A stretch of DNA of 50,231 bases, from NCBI RefSeq assembly GCF_004010195.1, contig NC_057755.1, positions 3,347,379 through 3,397,609 on the forward strand, read 5' to 3'. The notes under the pieces were generated by a model. The model had not been told where the DNA came from and ran no database searches. It worked only from the letters and a program-made list of their open reading frames with translations. A program made the position numbers and the translations under genes. Positions within the stretch are counted from its first letter, which is position 1; the number at the start of each line of letters is the position of its first letter. The stretch is from Chiloscyllium plagiosum (taxonomy: Eukaryota). Positions 47,217-50,231 of the stretch are shown here, in pieces.

Positions 47217-47587
47217 TGTTAGAAACAAACTTCAATAAAATTTAGACGAGACCACCAAAGCTGGAAACAAGACAATTTATTCTACGATCTTGCAAGAAAG
47301 GACCCCAATTGCAGAAAGCAATTGAAGTGATGATTATTCAAATTATTACACAGTTATACTTTTGAGCTACGTGAGGTCACCTCTTCCGATCCCTACATTA
47401 CCCAATCTTTCTTACTATTTTGCCTCTGCCCATCTATGCTCCACGCCCATTGCCCCCTTCTTTCCAAGTTGGCAATTTTCCCCCTTCTTTCTTTGGCAAT
47501 TTTCCCTCTTGCACGTGCTGTCATACGGCTAAACTCTTATCTCAATGTTCCCCTTTGTAACTTCTTTCATTGTCCATAGGTACATTC
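47217..47587 (-). repeat. ERV 5' LTR (family A), U3-truncated
   Basis: Matches 38472-38818 with about ten substitutions and a short internal duplication; homology stops abruptly at gtacattc. Confidence 0.93.
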
Positions 47588-47709
47588 TCAATGATCTGTG
47601 AAACAGAAATCCGTAAGAAGAAGAAAATCTAGAGAGGAAGATACAAAGGGAAGATTAGACAGCTGACTGTTTTTGAAATTTGAATTTTTGGTAAATCTTA
47701 ATCGGGGTT

Positions 47710-48489
47710 TGTGAGAGGTAATTTCGGTTTAAACTTTAAGATGTGCCTGGACCACAGACTGATCTATAATAAAAGATAAAACCTTTGTTTCTTTTCTAAC
47801 AACCATTTTATATACTCAAAAGTAGAGTAGTTTAAATTGTGCAGAATGCTGACAATTTGTGAGACTGATCTATAATAAAAGACAAAACCTTTGTTTCTTT
47901 TCTAACAACCATTTTATATACTCAAAAGTAGAGTAGTTTAAATTGTGCAGAATGCTGACAATTTGTGAGACTGATCTATAATAAAAGACAAAACCTTTGT
48001 TTCTTTTCTAACAACCATTTTATATACTCAAAAGTAGAGTAGTTTAAATTGTGCAGAATGCTGACAATTTGTGAGCTATAGTGAAAGCGAGCAGGCTCTT
48101 GATTAATGAAGCCATTCACACAGCAGAGAAGGATGAGTCCTTGGCTGATAAGACTCCAGGATGGGAGTGCGACTTGAGACATCTGTTTCAAGATTAAAGC
48201 TTTTTGACTGATAAGACTACAGGGTGAGAGAAACAACAAACTTTGGAGACTCTGGAGCCTTTTGTTGCAGACTTTGTGATAAAAATAATGATGTTTTTAA
48301 GAATGTGAACCTTGGCTTGTTGGAGCCAAGGAGAGGAGGGACTTGTGCTATATATAATGGAGACTTTGTAAGCCTCAGCGCGCCTTTTCTTTAAGGGTGC
48401 CCGACTCTGCAGACTTGACTTGTTAATAAAACTTTGTTTTCCTGAATTTGTCTAGAGCGATTATTGAGAAGCGATTTTCGTTTCTAACA
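47710..48489 (+). mobile_element. Solo LTR family B with a triplicated 106-bp U3 unit
   Basis: TGTGAGAG...TTTCTAACA; units at 47757-47862, 47863-47968 and 47969-48074; TATATAA at about 48351; AATAAA at 48425-48430. Confidence 0.93.
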
Positions 48490-48819
48490 CTGGACCAGAT
48501 CCAACTCTGACCCCAAGCGTTGGGTCAGCAGCGCAAGCATTCAACAACTCGCACCGATCTAATAGAAAATTATTACTTACCAATAATCCCCAAATATGAC
48601 CCTTCCCTTCCCCTCAACAACCAATGGTTCCAATACTTAAATCTGCAACAAAGTCAAAAATAGCTGGAGAAACTCAACAGGGGTCCGGTGATCCGATATG
48701 ATTTGATTTATTTTGTTGTCAGGTGTACCTAAGTACAGTGAGTAGATTTGTTCAGAACCTTTTCCACCCAAACTTGACCATTCAGATCCACATGTGAACC
48801 TTGACCCCGCCATCAATCA

Positions 48820-49500
48820 AGTCGCATGTGGGGGCAACGTGGTCATAGGCGGGTCACGTGACACAAACACACAGCCACAGCCGCGCCTGCGCCTTCTGCA
48901 CCACACGCGGCGTTCCCCGGAGCGCCTATCGACGTCACTGAGGACGACCAGCAAACCGCACATGCGCAAAAAAAATACACGGACCAAGGCCGTCAGTTCC
49001 CGCCCTGCGCATGTGCAACCCCCCCCCCCCCCGTCCCGGGGAGGCCACGTGGGCGGCCGTTGAGCGCGGGCTTTTTCAAATTCCAACCGTGGCGCCTCCG
49101 TTTTCCCCCCCCCAATAGCCGGGCGGGGCGGAGTTCCATCGTCCCCCTCCCCCGCACCCACACACACACAAACACAGACAGACGGAGAGAGCCCAGGAAT
49201 TGAGAGGATAACAGACGACGGTGAGAGTGAACGGGAGCGGGGGAGGGGGGGGGGGAAGGAGGGGTTGAGGAACGGTCGCTGATTGGGAGTCGGCCGTTGG
49301 GGGAGGGGAGGGGAGGGGAGGAGCGTAGTGCGCCTGCGTGCTCCACTCGCGTTCACCCTGCCCGGTCCGCGTCAGGGCGTTTCCCCGCCCCCCGCGTCCC
49401 CCCCGCCCGGCCCGCGTCAGGGCGTTCCCCCGCCCCACCCCCCCCGGGACGTCATCGGGGAGGCGGAGCGGCGCTGACGTGGAGGATGGGCGACCCTAGT
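48820..49500. promoter_or_regulatory. CpG-island promoter of an unidentified gene
   Basis: Abrupt GC/CpG enrichment. GTCACGTGAC at 48853-48862, CRE-like GACGTCA at 48931 and 49448, NRF1-like sites at 48958-48968 and 49006-49017, GC box at 49121, CCAAT at 49112, ATTGG at 49282. Confidence 0.8.
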
Positions 49501-49569
49501 GGACAGAGCTGGAAGTGCAGCCAGTGTGCCCCACCCCACAACTCCCCCCAACTCCCCTCCAGCACCAAG

Positions 49570-49965
49570 CTTCCTGACCAAGGTAGTGCCTCCCTCCTCC
49601 GGGCACTACTGCAAGCCCACCGGCCCCCCGCGGCTACCGAGGCTATGCCTCCTCCCGAACCACACCCGCCCCCCCCCCCCCGTTAAAACAAAAGCCATCC
49701 CTTATTCCCAATCCCTCCGCCGCGTCTGTTCCCGGGATGACCAATTCCGCCACGGTCACCTCCTTTCCACGATCGCAACTTCCCCTTCCCACGTGGCCGA
49801 CGATGCCCTCCAGCGCGTCTCCTCCACTTCGTGCACCGCTGTCCTCGAGCCCCACCTCTCCCAACGCAACAAGGACAGAACCACCTCACCTTTCCAACCC
49901 CAGCCGACCTCCGCCTGCATCGCATCACCCTCCGCCACTTCCGCCACCTCCAAACGGACCCCACC
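49570..49965 (+). mobile_element. PLE RT thumb/linker remnant
   Basis: KAIPYSQSLRRVCSRDDQF..HVADDALQRVS..RNKDR matches the PLE IPYSQFLRLRRICS motif. Confidence 0.8.
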
Positions 49966-49977
49966 ACCGAAGATGTA

Positions 49978-50231
49978 GGTTAGCGCCTGCTGCCTCACAG
50001 CAGCAGGATCCCAGGTTCGATCCCAGCCTCGGGGGCGACTGTCTGTGTAGAGTTTGCACATTCTCCCCGTGTCTGCGTGGGTTTCCTCTGGGTGCTCCAG
50101 TTTCCTCCCACAGTCCAAAGATGTGTAGGTTAGGGTGGAATGGCCGTGCTAAATTGTCCCACAGTGTTCAGGGATGTGTAGGTTAGGGTGGATTGGCCGT
50201 GCTAAATTGCCCCATAGTGTTCAGGGATGTG
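49978..50231 (+). mobile_element. HE1-type SINE, runs off the window
   Basis: ggttagc..ctgctgcctcacagc..ggttcgatcc head and core; internal 53-bp tandem duplication at 50121-50226. Confidence 0.9.

Larger units (their letters stand above)
38472..47587 (-). mobile_element. Defective class I (gamma-like) endogenous retrovirus: LTR-leader-gag-pol-env-LTR
   Basis: Direct-repeat LTRs, PPT, gag with MHR and CCHC knuckle, in-frame UAG, protease, RT YVDD, RNase H, integrase, env ISD and CX6CC. Confidence 0.97.

Noticed and set aside
47757..48074. Regular repeats as a possible CRISPR-like array
   Set aside because: Head-to-tail 106-bp units with no unique spacers, inside a retroviral LTR in a vertebrate genome.
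48794..50186. Cluster of long overlapping Pro/Gly/Arg-rich ORFs
   Set aside because: Expected from stop-codon scarcity in a GC-rich island. The only recognisable motifs belong to a PLE and a SINE.

Overview
Eukaryotic, repeat-dense vertebrate DNA, very probably from a shark: it carries HE1-type tRNA SINEs with CR1/HER1-type LINE partners and several Penelope-like element (PLE) families. There is one 23-N assembly gap at 24824-24846. (1) A six-coding-exon, plus-strand MS4A/CD20-family tetraspan gene is hidden among the repeats (10003-34478, about 191 aa). All introns are phase 0, the predicted protein has no cysteine, and the ORF track shows only fragments of it. (2) A nearly complete but defective class I (gamma-like) endogenous retrovirus lies on the minus strand (38472-47587). 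It has LTRs, a repeated leader, gag-UAG-pol readthrough and a CXXC/CX6CC env. It has been hit by a solo LTR of a second family, a tiny PLE insertion and a perfect 188-bp inverted self-duplication. (3) Many PLE pseudo-LTR fragments and palindromic mini-elements carry minimal hammerhead ribozyme motifs from several families. (4) A near full-length CR1 (about 27680-31520), many 5'-truncated CR1s, Gypsy remnants, a solo LTR and a Tc1/mariner-type MITE are nested in one another. (5) A CpG-island promoter of an unidentified gene sits at about 48820-49500. Nearly all listed short ORFs are transposon fragments or antisense shadows. Repeat boundaries are approximate unless a TSD or terminal motif is quoted. 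I found no unambiguous wholly new system; the best leads are the cysteine-free MS4A, the ERV architecture and the ribozyme-bearing palindromes.
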